Source: Carpediemonas membranifera BICM (Eukaryota > Protista > Fornicata). From it: DNA of 64,000 nucleotides. Position 1 is the stretch's first letter; the number at the start of each line of letters is the position of its first letter. The notes beneath the pieces were generated by a model. That model was not told the origin of the DNA, ran no database searches, and saw nothing but the letters and a program-made list of their open reading frames with translations. The DNA is taken from NCBI GenBank assembly GCA_019828565.1, contig JAHDYR010000024.1:70534-134533 (forward strand). Direction: 5' to 3'. This document shows positions 41,915 through 55,993 of the stretch, piece by piece. Made by a program: the position numbers and the translations under genes.

Positions 41915-44900
41915 ATGAGTGAAGAGGCTCCTGTGGACGTTAGTCCGCTAAGAGCATTCATTACTCAAGCTGCTTCCCTATTCTTCCCATCTTGTGAGCT
42001 TCAGCTTGCCGATGTTTGTTTCTTGTCGCGAATTGACACAGGACGTCTTAAACGCCTTCTACACGAAGGAAGAGACACTCAGCATGCTTCTCACGAAGGA
42101 AGGTACTGATGCATCAGAGCTTAGCGTGCATGTGGACTCCCTCTTAATCCAGAGCGATTCCACTTGCCTTGTCATCCTTAAGAAGGCTACAACCATTGAC
42201 CCCGAGACGCCCATTGCTGTTCAACTTGATGTCATGTCATTCTCTGGCCGCAATGCCCTGGAGACGTTCCTCAACGACTTCCACCGCGCCGTCGTGCACC
42301 CATCGGCCGTCGGCGGTGGTCTCCAACAAGTCAACCGCCTCCGCACCGAGATCTCAAAGCTCGAGGGCACATTCCGCCAGTGCCAGCCGGTGACGCACAT
42401 CCCCGAGCCCCGTCTCACCGTTCCTGACCGGCTCAAGGCTCACCTGACCGCCGGCAAGGCCCCACTCGACCTTGAGCTCGACGACGAGCTCGTTACCGAT
42501 CTCCGTAAGGCGTTCAACCGCTGGTTTGCAGACACCAACGCTCTCGTGAAGGTTGACCGCGATGTTTCCAGCGGCCCCGCTGCCAACGAGCTTAGCTTCC
42601 TGCTATCCAAGGCCGAGCGCCTCGATGCCGCCCTCCGCGTTAAGGACAGCCCCGAGATGAAGGCTATGGTCTCTATCATCAACTCTGACGACGCCAAGGA
42701 CATCCTTGGCGTCCAGGCCGTCCGTCTCGCCACCATGCTCCGGGACGACGATCAGCTGGCCTCGACCCTTGATCGAATCAAAAGAGTCAACACCCAGTTC
42801 TCCGGCCTGCCCCTCGCCTCCATCGAGACTTCAGCAGACTTCGCCGACCTCAAGGCTGCATGTGACCGTGCTGTCGAACAGCTGAAGAGCAAGTTTGTCA
42901 GACCCGGTCTGGATGAGCTGTACGGAGTCGAGCGGTTCATCCTCTTCGTCAACGCAGTCGCCCGAGACTTCGGGGCAGCCATGGTGAGCATGCTGACGAC
43001 CCAGCAGCCCCTGTTCGGCGGTGTCGACCCCGAGGATCGCCTCGTGTCTGCCGGAAACGTCCTTCAGGCTGTGGACCAGAGCTTCGCAGAGATTGGCCGT
43101 GACCTCCAGGCCGCTGGCATGATTCCTGCCCACCGTCGTCTGCGCCAGTCACTCGGCGACCTGTACCACCTGATCCAACGAACCCTCGAGTTCCTTCAGC
43201 AGCACAACAAGCTCAGACAAGGCGTGCTCGACGTCTTTGGCCCCACGTCTCCCATGCTCTCGGCCCTGGATGGTTCATTCGCCCGGCTCGGCGTCGAGGA
43301 GTCGGCCCTGCTCGATACCACTGAGCGGGGCGAGCAGGCGTGGCAGACCGCGAACGAGCGGTATATGGCTGTGACTAAGAGCGTTGAGGAGGAGCTTGTC
43401 GAGATCCTCCGCGCCAGACTCGGGGCAGCCAGCACTGCGTCCCAGATGCACGCCGTGTTCAGACAGTTCCACGGCCTGTTTTTCCGCCCTGCCCTGAAGA
43501 GCGCCGCGGCCGACTACCAAACCCCGCTCCTCGAGCGAGTTGAGGACGAACTCATGGCTTTGCGGCAGAGGTGCATCGACAAGCCCGAGAAGACCCCACT
43601 TGGTCGCTACCTCATGCGTGCGGGCCATTCAAGGGCCGTGGCAACGCTGCTTTACTCCGAGCAGCTCCACGCCGAGCTGAACCTGTACTCATCCAGGGTC
43701 GAGCAGATCCTGGGGGCCGATTGGCAGGATCACGCCGACGGTGCCGCCCTTGCGGAGGGCATCAGAAAGGCCCGCCAGCTCGTGCAGGACCCACAGACCT
43801 TGCTGTCCGAGTGGCTCTTCAAGAACCACGTCGTGCTGGAGCAGGCGGCTGCTCTGACCGAAACCAGTGTGCTGGCATCCGACGGCAAGCCTCAGCCGAC
43901 TATCATCGTCAACCTCTCACCCGAGATCGTCCGCATGTTCATGGAGGCCCGCTACTTCGTCAGGGCTACGTCTGGCCGCAAGGGCCGTATTTCCAAGTCT
44001 GCCTCCGAAACAATCACCAGAGTCAAGACGTTCCAGCGGAAGAACGGCGAGTACATCACCATCGGCCGCCGTATGGCATGCCGCTTGGTCGAGATTCACG
44101 CGGCCCTAGCCCGTCTCTCTGGCGAGGGTGTGGCCGGCTGGAAGGAGACAACTAGTCTGCTCGACGGCCTCCGCCACAAGGTCCACGCCACCCTGGATGC
44201 TATCGCCAAGCTCAAGTGGGGCCAGTTGCAGCTCATCAGAGACTCTGCTGCCGCCCTCGACGACATCACCGCCGCCTTGACCAAGTCCGTCCTCGAGCTC
44301 ACGGATAGAGCGACCGAGCTCAACTCGGAGCTCCACAAGATCGCCCACGGGTCCATCGAGGAGGTACCGGCTGCTGTGTCCGCTGTGAACTCAGCTCTGA
44401 GTGACCTTGACCTCTCTGGGTTTACTCCAATCATTCCTTTCGTCACAGCGGTGGAGGCCCGCATTCGTGAGATCCTCGTCTGCCGTGTCACTGAGCTCTG
44501 CAAGGATGTGACTGCCGGCACTGGAGCCCACGCCATCCCGTCCACCGAGGCCGAGCTCCGCTTTGAACACGGCAAGGCCACACTCACCCCCAGCCCTGTC
44601 ACCATAGTCGTCGATGCTCACGCCCACCTTGAGAACCTCGTCAGCCAGCTGGTCGGCACGCCCCGCCCCCGTCTTGTTAGGACCGGCTACGAGCCGGCCT
44701 TGACGGATTACAGCGACGTATGGACCGAATGCGCCGACGCCTTGGCTCCTGCCACTGCAACCATCGTACAGACATCCAAGAGCCTCGCGGAGCTTCTCCA
44801 GGGCTGGCGTTCTCTCGCCGGACTCTGGTCTCTTTCGAATGAGACGGTTGCTGAGGCATTTGGCTCCGATATTGATGCGTGGCTCACAGCCCTGTCTGAT

Positions 44901-47900
44901 TTGATCGCATCAAAGGAGTCACTCACAGTCGACACCCCCGACGCCATTGGCCACGTCCGTGTGCGCTACACCGCCCTCTCACAGGTCAGGGAAAAGGTCT
45001 CCAGCTGGCAGAAGGCCCTTGCTGCCGGCGCCATGGCTAACTTGAAGGCAGAGATCGCCTCCCGTGTCCAGGATGCCGAAGCTGCCCGTGAGCAGGCCGA
45101 GACTCTCTCCATCTCCGGCGATGTTTCAGTCGTGGTCAAGTCGCTCGACACCCTCCAGACCCTCATGAAAACGGCACCCGAGACCAGGAAAATCGCCGAC
45201 GCTCTCGCCGCAAAGTGTCAGGCTCTAGAGCCGTACGAAAGCTCTGCCCCTGGCTTGGCCGTCGAACTGAGCGGCGCCGTCGACACCATGCAGGAGGCCA
45301 TCGATAAGGTCACTGACGGCTTCGTCGCCAACTTCCCAACCGTGTCGAACATCATCTACGGCGCTGACCATGTCCTCGCCGACACAGCCATCGGCATCCT
45401 CGACAGTTGGTCTGACGACAAGCCGCTGGGCAACATCCCGTACGAGGAGGCTGTTGGCCGGCTTGAAGAGCACCGCTCCGCCCTCACTGAAGCACTTGAC
45501 GACGTCAAGGCCCAGATCGGAGCTGTCTCTGCCCTGCTCGACGTATCTGCCGCCCTCACATCCCTCGCTCCGCCAAACAAGACGTCGGCTGTCTCACAGA
45601 AGGGGTGCCAGTCCCGCCTTCTCGCGGCCCTTGAGGAGGTCGGCCACATTGCGGATCTGTGGGAGGCACTCCGCCCCGTCAAGCTCGGCGTTGCCTCCGT
45701 CCGCCAGACCCTGTGGCCCACGGTTGAGGCCGCGTCACTCAGCGGAATCCTTTCCGAGCTGAACAATAAGCTCTCCGCCCTCCCCGGCAAGTTCAGGACC
45801 ACGGAGCCGTACTCTCATGCCCAGGCCGAGCTGCAGGCCATCAGCGCCTGCGTCCCTGTGATCCGGGCCCTATCTGGCCCCATGATGCGCCACAGACACT
45901 GGACCCAGCTCGCAAACTCCGTGGGCGACCAGAAGTACGCCGTCCCAGCCGAGCTCGTCGTAGAAGACATCCTCGCCATCGGTGCCAAGGGTTCTCCTGC
46001 TGAGCGCCACGTCAAGGAGGTCATGCGGGTTGCTCAGGGCGAGCTCGCCATCGAGGAGTTCATCAAGGAGACCGAGAACGCCTGGTCACAGCAGGAGTTC
46101 CCCATTGTCACGAAGGACGACGGTCAGCGGGTCGTTCGGGAGTGGGACTCGATTATGGAGCTTGCCCGTGACAACCTGGGCAATCTCTCCGGTGTCCGGG
46201 CGTCCCCATTCTTCTCCTCGTTCGCTGAGACCATCGCTGCATGGGAAACCAAGCTCGAATCCGTCCTTGTTCTCCTTGAGACATGGGCACCCGTCCAGAA
46301 GCTCTGGGTCTACCTCCGCACTGTCGTCTTCGGCACTGGAGATATCGCCCGCCAACTCCCTGCCGACGCCCAGCGCCTGAGGGCTGCCGACGCTGAGATG
46401 AACGGCGTCATGGCCGACCTGGCTGGTATGCCGAGAGTACTCGCATTCGACGCCGCGTTCAACGGCAAGGGCGAGATCGTGGGCCGTCTTACCCGCGTGG
46501 GCGAGGCCCTCAGGAAGGTCCAGACCGCCCTTGGTCAGTACCTCGAGTCCCAACGGTCCAAGAACCCCAGGCTCTACTTCCTCGGCGACGAGGACCTTCT
46601 GGAGATCCTCGGAAACCAGAAGGATATCACTGTCATTTCCAAGCACCTGCCGAAGCTCTTCACGGCGCTCGGTTCTCTCGTCACCAAGGAGGAGGAAGAG
46701 GCCACTGTCATCGAGGCCGTTGTCAGCATTTCCCAGGAGACACTCACCCTTGAGCCCATCGCATACAAGCCAGAGAGCGGAATCCACGACCTCCTGTACG
46801 AGCTCGAGGTTGGCAACACCAAGGCGCTCAAGAAGCAAGTGCTGTCCGCTTACCACAGTCTGTCCGATTCCACAGACTCCATGCTCAAGGTGTTTGAATC
46901 ACACATATTCCAAGCCACGCATCTGGCACTCTCTGCGGTGTGGTCCTCGGCCGTCACCCAGGCCATCGCCGAAAACACCCTCGCCGACCTGTCTGAAAAA
47001 TGGGCGCGGCTGCTATCCACTGCCGCGCAGGTTAGTGACGGCGGACCCAAGTTCAGAGCACTCATCACCGAGCTGACGTACCAGAGTGGCACAGTCGCCC
47101 GACTCGCTCTGGACTCTGATCCACATTGCACATGGGCCCTAACGGTCAGCACGGCTGTGTCTGCTGAGTCTGACGCCCTCGTCTCCATCTCTGTCGGTGG
47201 AGTGACCTACCCCTACGGCTGGGAGCTCCTCGGCCTTGACCGTCTTGTCACCACGCCGCTGACAGAGCAGTGCTACCTGGCCCTCACCCAGGCCTTGGCC
47301 CAGGGTCTCGGCGGCTCCCCTGCAGGTCCCGCTGGTACAGGTAAGACCGAGACAGTCAAGCAGCTTGCCGGCGTCCTTGGCCGCCATGTAGTCGTGTTCT
47401 GCTGCGACGAGTCCTTCGACACTGCGGCGATCACCCGCATCCTCGTTGGTACGGCTGAGCTCGGTGCGTTCGTCTGCTTTGACGAGTTCAACCGTCTGGA
47501 GGAAGCCATCATGTCGGCTGTGTCAAGAGTCCTCGCTGTCATCCAGCGCGGCGTCCTCACGAAGTCCTCCTCGATCAAGCTTCTTGATCGCGACATCAAG
47601 CTGAACCCAGGCCTGGGCGTGTTCATCACGATGAACCCCGGCTACGCTGGCCGCCAGGAGCTGCCCGATAACCTCAAGTCGATGTTCAGGTCCGTCCTCA
47701 TGACGAAGCCCGACGGCCAGATCATCGCAGAGGTCATGCTGAGTACGCACGGCTTCGTCACTGCCGCCACGCTTGCTTCAAAGGCTGTCCCCTTCTTCGA
47801 GTTCTGCGAGGGCCATCTTTCGTCCCAAGCACATTATGACTGGGGTCTCAGAGCCATTCGCTCCGTCCTTGTAGCCGCCGGCAGAGTTTTGCGGACCCAG

Positions 47901-50900
47901 GGCGATATTCCCGAGGAGGCCAGGGCCGAGTGCGAGTTCAAGGCCTTCATTGAGGCTCTGACCGACTCCGTGGTTCCCAAGCTTGTTGCCGAGGACCGCG
48001 AGCCATTCAAGCAGCTTCTTCTCCAGTCATTCCGAGCTGATCCCACTGGCACGGTCGACAAGGGCCTCAATGACGCCATACTCGAAGTCTGCGCTGAATG
48101 GGAGCTCACGCCAACTGATGAGTTCGTGAGCAAGGTCCACCAGCTTCAGCGGACACTGCTGGCTCACCACGGTGTTATGGTTGTTGGTGACGCTGGATCA
48201 GGAAAGACATGCGTGTGGCGGGCGCTGGTTCACGCCAAGCAGAAGCAGGGAAGAGAGATCAGACATGTCGTCATCGCACCCAAGGCTGTGAGCAAGGAAG
48301 AGCTGTACGGCACTCTCGACGCCGCCCGCGAGTGGAAGGATGGTGTCCTCACCGCACAGTTCCGCCGCATCGTGGAGTGCCCCGACGATGTCGACCACTG
48401 GATCGTTCTCGACGGCAGCATCGATCCCGTGACTGTCGAGAACCTCAACTCCGTGCTCGACGACAACAGAGTGCTCACCTTGCCCACTGGAGAGCGGTTG
48501 TCGTTGCCCCACAACGCCAGGATCGTCTTTGAGACCACCACCCTCAAGCAGGCCACACTTGCCACTGTCTCCAGATGCGGTATGGTCTGGGTCGCGGACA
48601 TTATCGAGCCCCGCCACCAGCTCGCTCGGGGCATCGCCCAGCTGGGTTCCGGAAAGAGCGGCTGGAAGACCTGCAACGTCCGGCAGAACCAACTTGAAGT
48701 TGAGGCCATAGCCCGCGAGATCTGGTCAACCCTGCCCGAGATTTACTCCAAGATTGCCCCCGAGATTTCGAAGACCTCCGAGGACCAGATCATGGAGTTC
48801 TCCCACTCCCGGGTCATCGCTACAGTCATGGCCCACCTCCGCTATGCTGTCCACACCGCCACGGCCCAACCCCAACACGGCGACGTCATGAAGGGTTTCC
48901 TCTCCCGCTATGCCGCCCACGCCCTCTTCTGGTCGGCCGTGGCTGCCATCCCTCCAGCCCGGCAGGAGATCTTTGCAAAGAAGTTTACTGCTGACCTCGG
49001 GCTCGAGCTCCCTTCGCAGCCCATCTACACGTGCCAGCCCGACCCTGTCACTGGCACGTGGGCCGAGATGACACCACCGGCTCCGCCACCGATCAAGACC
49101 GAGGATATCGGTCTCACCGTCGTTCCCACGATGGACACTGTCCGTAATAATCATTTGATTACTACTGGTCTTCATGGCGCTGGTGTTGTTGTCCTGGTCG
49201 GCAAGGCTGGTACTGGCAAGACCATGTCCTTTACTGCCACCACCGAGAACGATGACGATCTCAATGTTGTCTTCCTCAACTTCTCCTCGAGCACCGGGCG
49301 GCAGCTCATCGTCGACACCCTCTTCAGGCATTGTGTCCGCCGGTCGACGCACGTTGGCACCGTCCTCGCCCCTGCTCACGGCAAGCTCGTCCTCTTCTGC
49401 GACGAAATCAACCTGCCCAAGCCCGATGCTTACGGTACTGTCCGTGCCATCGCCTTCCTCCGCCACGTCATCGAGCATGGCGGGTTCTGGACGTCCCGCT
49501 ACGGGTGGCTCGCTGTTGAGAACGTTCTCATCGGTGGCTGCTGCAACCCGCCGACTGACGCGGGACGTGTCCCCTTCGACCCCCGCTTCCTGCGCCATCT
49601 CCCTCTCGTCCTCGTCGACACACCGTCCCTTGAGTCGATGCGCCGCATCTATACGACTTACAACAAGGCCGCCTTCCGCCCCTGCCCCACCCTTGCCGCG
49701 ACGGTTGACGACGTCACCGACTTCATGATCAACGTTTACCGCGAGAACCAGGCCATGTTCGGCGGCAAGCAGCCTCACTACTTCTACTCGACGAGGGAGC
49801 TGTCTCGCTGGTCCAGGGCTATCGCTGTCTGCCTGGCCGAGACGCCTGTGGAGCCTTCCCTCGAAGAACTCTCCGACCTCGTCGTCCACGAGGCAATGCG
49901 CCTCTTCCACGACCGGCTGGTCAGCGCAGAGGACAAGAACTCCCACGTCCAGTGCATCAAGGCACTGACTGCCTCACTCCCCACGAGCTTGCCCGCCCAG
50001 GAACTCCTGTTCACTCCATGGCTCGGCGGCCAGTATGCCAAGGTTGAGAAGGACGCCCTTGCTGACTTCATCCAGTACCGACTAACCACGTTCACAGACG
50101 AGGAGGGCGTCGTTGGCGACCTTGTGCTCTTCCCCGAGATGCTGGGTCTCCTGTGCTCCATCGACCGCGTCCTCAGGCAGCCCATGGGTCATGTCCTGCT
50201 CATCGGTGCCAGCGGGGCCGGCAAAACCGTCAGCACGCGCTTCGTGTCTTGGATGGACGGCTTTACGCTTGAGACAATCAATTCTCACGCCAAGTACACC
50301 CTCCGCGACTTCGAGGACGACCTTCGCCGCATCATGATCGCCGCCGGTGTGAATGGTGACCGCACTGTCCTTCTATTCGACGAGAGCAACGTTCTCGGCA
50401 CGGCCTTCCTCGAGCATATGAATGCTCTCCTCGCCTCTGGTGACATTCCCGGCCTGTTCGCTGACGCCACCCTCGATGACCTCATCAGCCAGTTGTCCGA
50501 CGTCACTTACAGAGAAGGAGCCCATGTCGACACCGAGGACCGTACCGCGTTGTACTCGTGGTTCACAAAGAGGGTCCGCACAAACCTACACGTTGTCATG
50601 ACCATGAACCCAGCATCTCCGGCCTTTAACTCCAGAACGAAGTCATCCCCCGCCCTTTTCAACCGCTGTGTTGTCCACTGGGTTGGAGACTGGTCTGACG
50701 AGGCTCTCCAGATGGTCGCCGATGCTTATCTCGGCAAGGTAGACCTTGAGGGTCACGTCGACGACCCGTCTGGGTACAGAGAGCGCTTCATCGGCAGTGC
50801 AGTCGCCCTTCACAAGGAAGCGGGTGTTGTCGGCGCCGAGATTGCCGCAGACCCCACATGCTCTGCTGCTGTTTCTGCGGTCCAGCACATCTCACCCAGA

Positions 50901-53900
50901 CACTTCATTGCCATGCTCTCCGCCTTCGCCCAGCAGCATATGTCCATCGCAGAACGTCGGTCCACTGCCGCGCTTCGTGTCAACAACGGCATCGACCGAA
51001 TCACCACTACACAGACCGAGATGGCCGAGGTTGAGCTCGAACTCAGCAAGAAGAACAAGGAACTGGCCGATACCGATGCTGCCGCAGAGGAGAAGCTTTC
51101 CCTCATCATCAGAGACCAGAAGGCCGCCCAGATTAAGAAGGGCGAGCTTGAGAGCCTTGTTGCAGGCCTTGGCGAGAAGGAGGCTGACATCGCTGTCCGC
51201 AAGCAAGAGGCTGAGGCATCTCTGGCTGAGGTCGAGCCAATGGTCAAGGAGGCGCAGCAGTCGGTCAAGTCGATCAACAAGCTGCACCTTGACGAGCTCA
51301 GACGGCTGAACAATCCCCCCGAAGGCGTCAAGCTCGCCATTGAAGCTGTGCTCCTCCTTCTTGGCGAGAAGTCCAAAGTTGCGACCGACTGGACTGCAGT
51401 CCGCTCCATCATGAGGAAGGACGACTTCATCCAGCGCATAATCATGTTCCAGGGAGCCTCCGCTTCCGACAAGCTCCTGGCCTTCCTCGAGAAAAAGTAC
51501 CTGGCCAACCCATCGTTTACTTTTGAGTCCGTCAACCGTGCCTCCCGCGCCGCCGGCCCCATGGTCAAATGGGTCGCCTCACAGGTCCAGTATCTCCGGA
51601 TTGTGGCCAACATCGCTCCGCTCAGAGCCGAGGTTCAGGCCGCCGAGGACGCCCTCCGTGAAGTCAGGGAGCAGGCAGCATCTGGTGAAGCTGAGCTTGG
51701 GCGGCTGCAGGAGTCCATCACAAGGACCGAGTCTGAGTACGCCCAGCTGCTGAGAACGATTGAGAAGATCAAGGCGGAGAAGGAGACGACTCAGGCCAGA
51801 GTCGACCGCTGCTCACACCTTCTCACCTCACTTGAGTCGGAACAGGAGCGCTGGCTTGACCAGGCGATTGCCCAGACAGAGGGCACCAACCAGTTCAACG
51901 GCGACCTCTTGCTGGCATCTGCCTTCACTGCCTACGCCACTATCTGTGACGAACGCCTCCGCCTCCGCATGCTCCTCGCTTGGATGGCGAAGATGGACAC
52001 CTGGGCGGTTGCCTTCAACCCGGATTTGACCATCGTTGACGTGCTCACAACGCCTGCCGACATCGCCGACTGGGACGCCCTCGGGCTGCCCCCGGACTCT
52101 GTCTGCCGAGAGAACGCTGCTGTCCTCGCCCAGACGTCGAGAACGCCTTTCCTACTCGACGAAACGGAGACAGCCCTTCCCTTCATCAAGGCGAAGTTCA
52201 AGGGCGTGAGACTGCTGGAGACGTCATTCACCGAGCCTGGCTGCATGCAGCAGCTTGAACAGGCCGTGAGGTTCGGTCTGCCCATTGTTATGCGGGCCGC
52301 CGAGCACGCCGATCCTGGTCTCAACAACCTTCTATCATTCGACAGGAGCCAGACTGGGTCTGCAACGGTTCAGATCGGCGGCAAGCAGCTTGACTTTTCC
52401 CCTACGTTCAAGCTCTTCTTGCTGTGCGAGACTTCGTCCGCCACCCTTCCCCCAGACCTTGTTTCCAGAACAGCAGTCATCTCATTCGCCAGCACCCCCG
52501 GAACCCTCACAGACCAGTGCCTTACCAACACTGTCGACCAGCGCCTGCCCGACGTCGGCAAGCAGAGGGCCGAGTTCCTTCTTGAGAGCAGGAAGCTCAC
52601 TGCCCGCATCCATTCGCTGGAAGAGCAACTGCTCGCTGCACTCAACCAGCAGACGGACCTTCTGGCAGACGAGTCCATCCTCAAGAGCCTCGAGACTCTG
52701 CAGGTCGAGAACGCCGCTGTCAACACTCGTCGCACCGATGTCGCCGAACTATCGAAGCAGCTCGACAACCAGGCCCAGGAGTACGCCCCAGTCGCTGAGG
52801 TGGCAGCGCGCCTCTTCTTCCTCACCGCCCGGATGAGGTCCCTCGATCCTGCCTACGTAATCAGCCCGGCGATGTTCCGCCGCATGTTTATTAGGACGCT
52901 TGAGACAAACCCAGAGGCCACAGTCGATGAACTCGTCCAGCTCGTGTGCAACGTGACCTACTCCGTGGCGGGCGCAGCCATGAGCTCGCCTCACCGCCTC
53001 GCGCTCGCTGTTGCCATTGCTGCGGTCCGTCAGGACCAGCTTTCGGCTGACGAGCTCGACGTCCTTGCCCTTGGTGTTTCTCGCCTCACACTCAGCAAGA
53101 CTGCGCCCATCGAGGGTGCTGAGTCCCACCCTCATGGTCAGCTCATCTCATACCTGTCCACCCTGGATCTTTCGTATCAGAAGATCCTTCAGCTCGACCC
53201 CAACCCCTCCGCAGCCGCCCTCATCGAGACCATCGGTGTCGGTCGTGCTATGATCTGGCACCGCCTAACCAACTCCCCTCTGTGGTCGGCTGCCGCGTCC
53301 TCCTTCGTCGCCTCGGTCATGGGCCCCGGTTTCTCCATGCTGCCAGATGAGATGATCGAGGATATTTCCAAGCTCGTCGCCGCTTGCCCCAAGGCCCCTG
53401 TCGTTCTGGTTGCTACTCCCGGTTACGATCCTACCTTCATCGTTACCCGCTATTGCGAAGAGCATTCAGTCCCTACAACCAGCCTTGCCGTCGGTGACCT
53501 CACTGCGGTACAGCTCGCCCAGGCTGCTGCCAGAGTCCCTGCCAACGGTGCACTTTATGTCCAAAATGTCCACCTGGCCGACTCTGCTCTTCTCGACGCC
53601 CTTGTTTCCGCTGAGAACTCAATGAGAGGCCAGCTGATTATCTCCACTGCTTCCTCTCTCCGTGTCCACCCCGCGATGCTCGCCTCTGGGCTCTGTGTCG
53701 CAGTCGAGGAGCCACTTGGTCTCGCTGGCCAGGTCGCCCGCCTTGCCCCGGCGGCCATGCTTCCTGGTCTCCCTGCTGAGGCTGCCAGGGTCGACATGCT
53801 GCTTGCATTCCTCCACTGCATCATCTGCCAGAGATCCCGAAACGCCCCCGAGGGCTTTGCCCGGCCCACTAGCTGGACGAGAGCTGACTACGCCGCCGCT

Positions 53901-54983
53901 AGATCCAGCATCATGCAGGCTATCCGGGATGTGTCCCAGGGCCGTACAAACGTCCCGCCCGAGGACCTTCCATGGTCCATCATTCGCGAGCTTCTTATCC
54001 GTGCAGTTTATGGCGCCAAGATGGGACCAGGCACAGACTACGCCATTCTCCAGCACTATGTGGAGAATATTATGAGAGCAGAATCCTTTGATCCCGACTT
54101 CGAGCTCGACGGTGTCTCCATTCCCACGGCTGCCAACGTCCACTCTTGGCTCCATACCGAGGGAGAGCATATCAACCACGCTCCTGAATCTATCGGTCTG
54201 ACTGAGCATGCCACGATGAAGCAGGACACTGTGGAGCGTGAGACATTCACAGCTGCCCTCTGCCTCTTGAGAGAGAGTGAAACGGGCGCTGGGTCGACCC
54301 CCTATGCCCTCGACTCGTGGATTTCTGTCCTTCGCGATGTCCTTGCCTTACCTATGCCCGAGGTTGCTGATTCTAGCATCTCTGCTCTGCTTGCTTCAGA
54401 GCGTAGTGAGCTCAAGGCCAGCCTCTGTTCCATCAAATCAAACCTTGAGTCGCTCCTGGCAACTCCAGTCGGTAACCGAACACCCGAGCAGTGGAATCTG
54501 CACGGATCCCTGGCTGTTAATGTTGCTCCGGACTCTTGGGGACATGGTACTTGCGAGGGTGCCCTGCTTGATCTTATTGCGAAGTACAAGAACCTCCTCT
54601 ACGCGTCTCCTGGGAGGATGCAGTTCAATGCTCTCTCTCGTCCCATTAGAATGCTCTCCGTTCTCCGACAGACAACTTCTGATCGCGAGGAGCGCGCTAT
54701 CGAAGAGCTTCATCTCGCCATCAGCTTTGAAGAAGTTGCCGGGGGCATCACCACCCAGGTCACGCTTGAGGAGTGCTCTGTTACTGACAACATTGTCTCT
54801 TTCGCCCCGGGCACCGCTGTGGTTGACATTACTCTTTACTGGACTGCTACCGATTCTGCTGGCTTTTCCATCCCCGTGTTTGGCGATGCTTCCCGGTCTG
54901 TCTTCATTGACACTGTGTCTATTCAGGTCAGTGATGCTGATAAGGACCTTTTAATCCGCCGTTCAGCTGCCATTCTGATGTGA
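41915..54983 (+). CDS. DYNC1H1: Cytoplasmic dynein-1 heavy chain; exon 1 41915-42013, intron 42014-42041, exon 2 42042-54983
   Basis: P-loops GPAGTGKT, GDAGSGKT, GKAGTGKT, GASGAGKT; DHC1-type motifs LVLFCDEINLP, IDRVLRQPMGH, DESNVL, SPALFNRC, VNRASRAAGPMVKW. Confidence 0.95.
42014..42041 (+). other. Predicted 28-nt spliceosomal intron
   Basis: GTTTGT...AATTGACACAG; phase-0 removal joins MSEEAP...QLAD to DVLNAFY in the dynein frame. Confidence 0.75.
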
Positions 54984-55993
54984 ATAAATGATTTCCGAGT
55001 GAGGTGGTACTCGACTGCCTTGTTGTCGTGTTGTGGTTTGACTATACCTGTTTTACTGGGGGAAAAGACTTCGACACAGGGGTGTCGAAGTCAATCCATA
55101 AATGTTCTTAAATTGTACTGACTGACACTGCCCCTCCATGCTCAACTGACTTGAGTATGAATAACTTGTGCCGGTAGGCCTCACAGGGGAAAGCCTGTGC
55201 TAACCTACTTCACCGTTGGCGGCTGGGGAATAGCCCAGTGCCCGGGAAGGGTACTCTGCCTTAGCTCGGTAACCCTTGCTTCACCGTCGCTAACTGTGGG
55301 TAGCACAGCAGCCGGAACACCGTTGACATACTCTTACTGCCACGTAAGGGTGTCCGGTACAACCGTAGTTGTTCTGTGGTGACGTATCTCCAAATTGATT
55401 GACTCAGAATTTCGTGGTACCACTGTGTAAGTATTGCGTCATACGCTCAAGGGTTAGTCTTACCCGGGCTTACCGCCCTCCCACGGGCCATTACTGGGCC
55501 GTATGGTCGTCGATTAGTTCATTCGGATCCTTAAAATGCACAAATGGCTTCAGTTCGAAACCACCATGGTATGCGGCCTTGAAAGCCCTCATTCTTACAT
55601 AGCGTTCGAATAACGCCTCTAGAGGCCTCAAAGCCTCTTCGTTGCCGAGATATGGCCTTTTTTTGCTTTTCTCGTTCGTCGACAGTTGGGACGCCGCAAA
55701 TATTGCTCTATAACACTAACAACATCAGTATTCGTCTCATAGACGTATAAATATCGTGATTTTGCGGACTTATCGTCCTCAACAAGCGTTCATCGGGGTT
55801 CACCAAACGGACCCTTTCTCGGTCGGCGAATTCTGCCTAACCCGTCTGCTTTCGTAAATTACGCGTTGCACCATGCTATTCAGCGTCCTGACTTAGCTGT
55901 GTGGAGTCCTGGTCATGACCCAGGTCCTACGTTTTTGTATCATGTAACACGTAAATGAAGTTTTGACCGCGGTTAATACTTCCATACGGCCTA

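Noticed and set aside
42169-54954. Many short alternative-frame and antisense ORFs within dynein and pol genes
   Set aside because: Shadow ORFs expected from GC-rich codon usage
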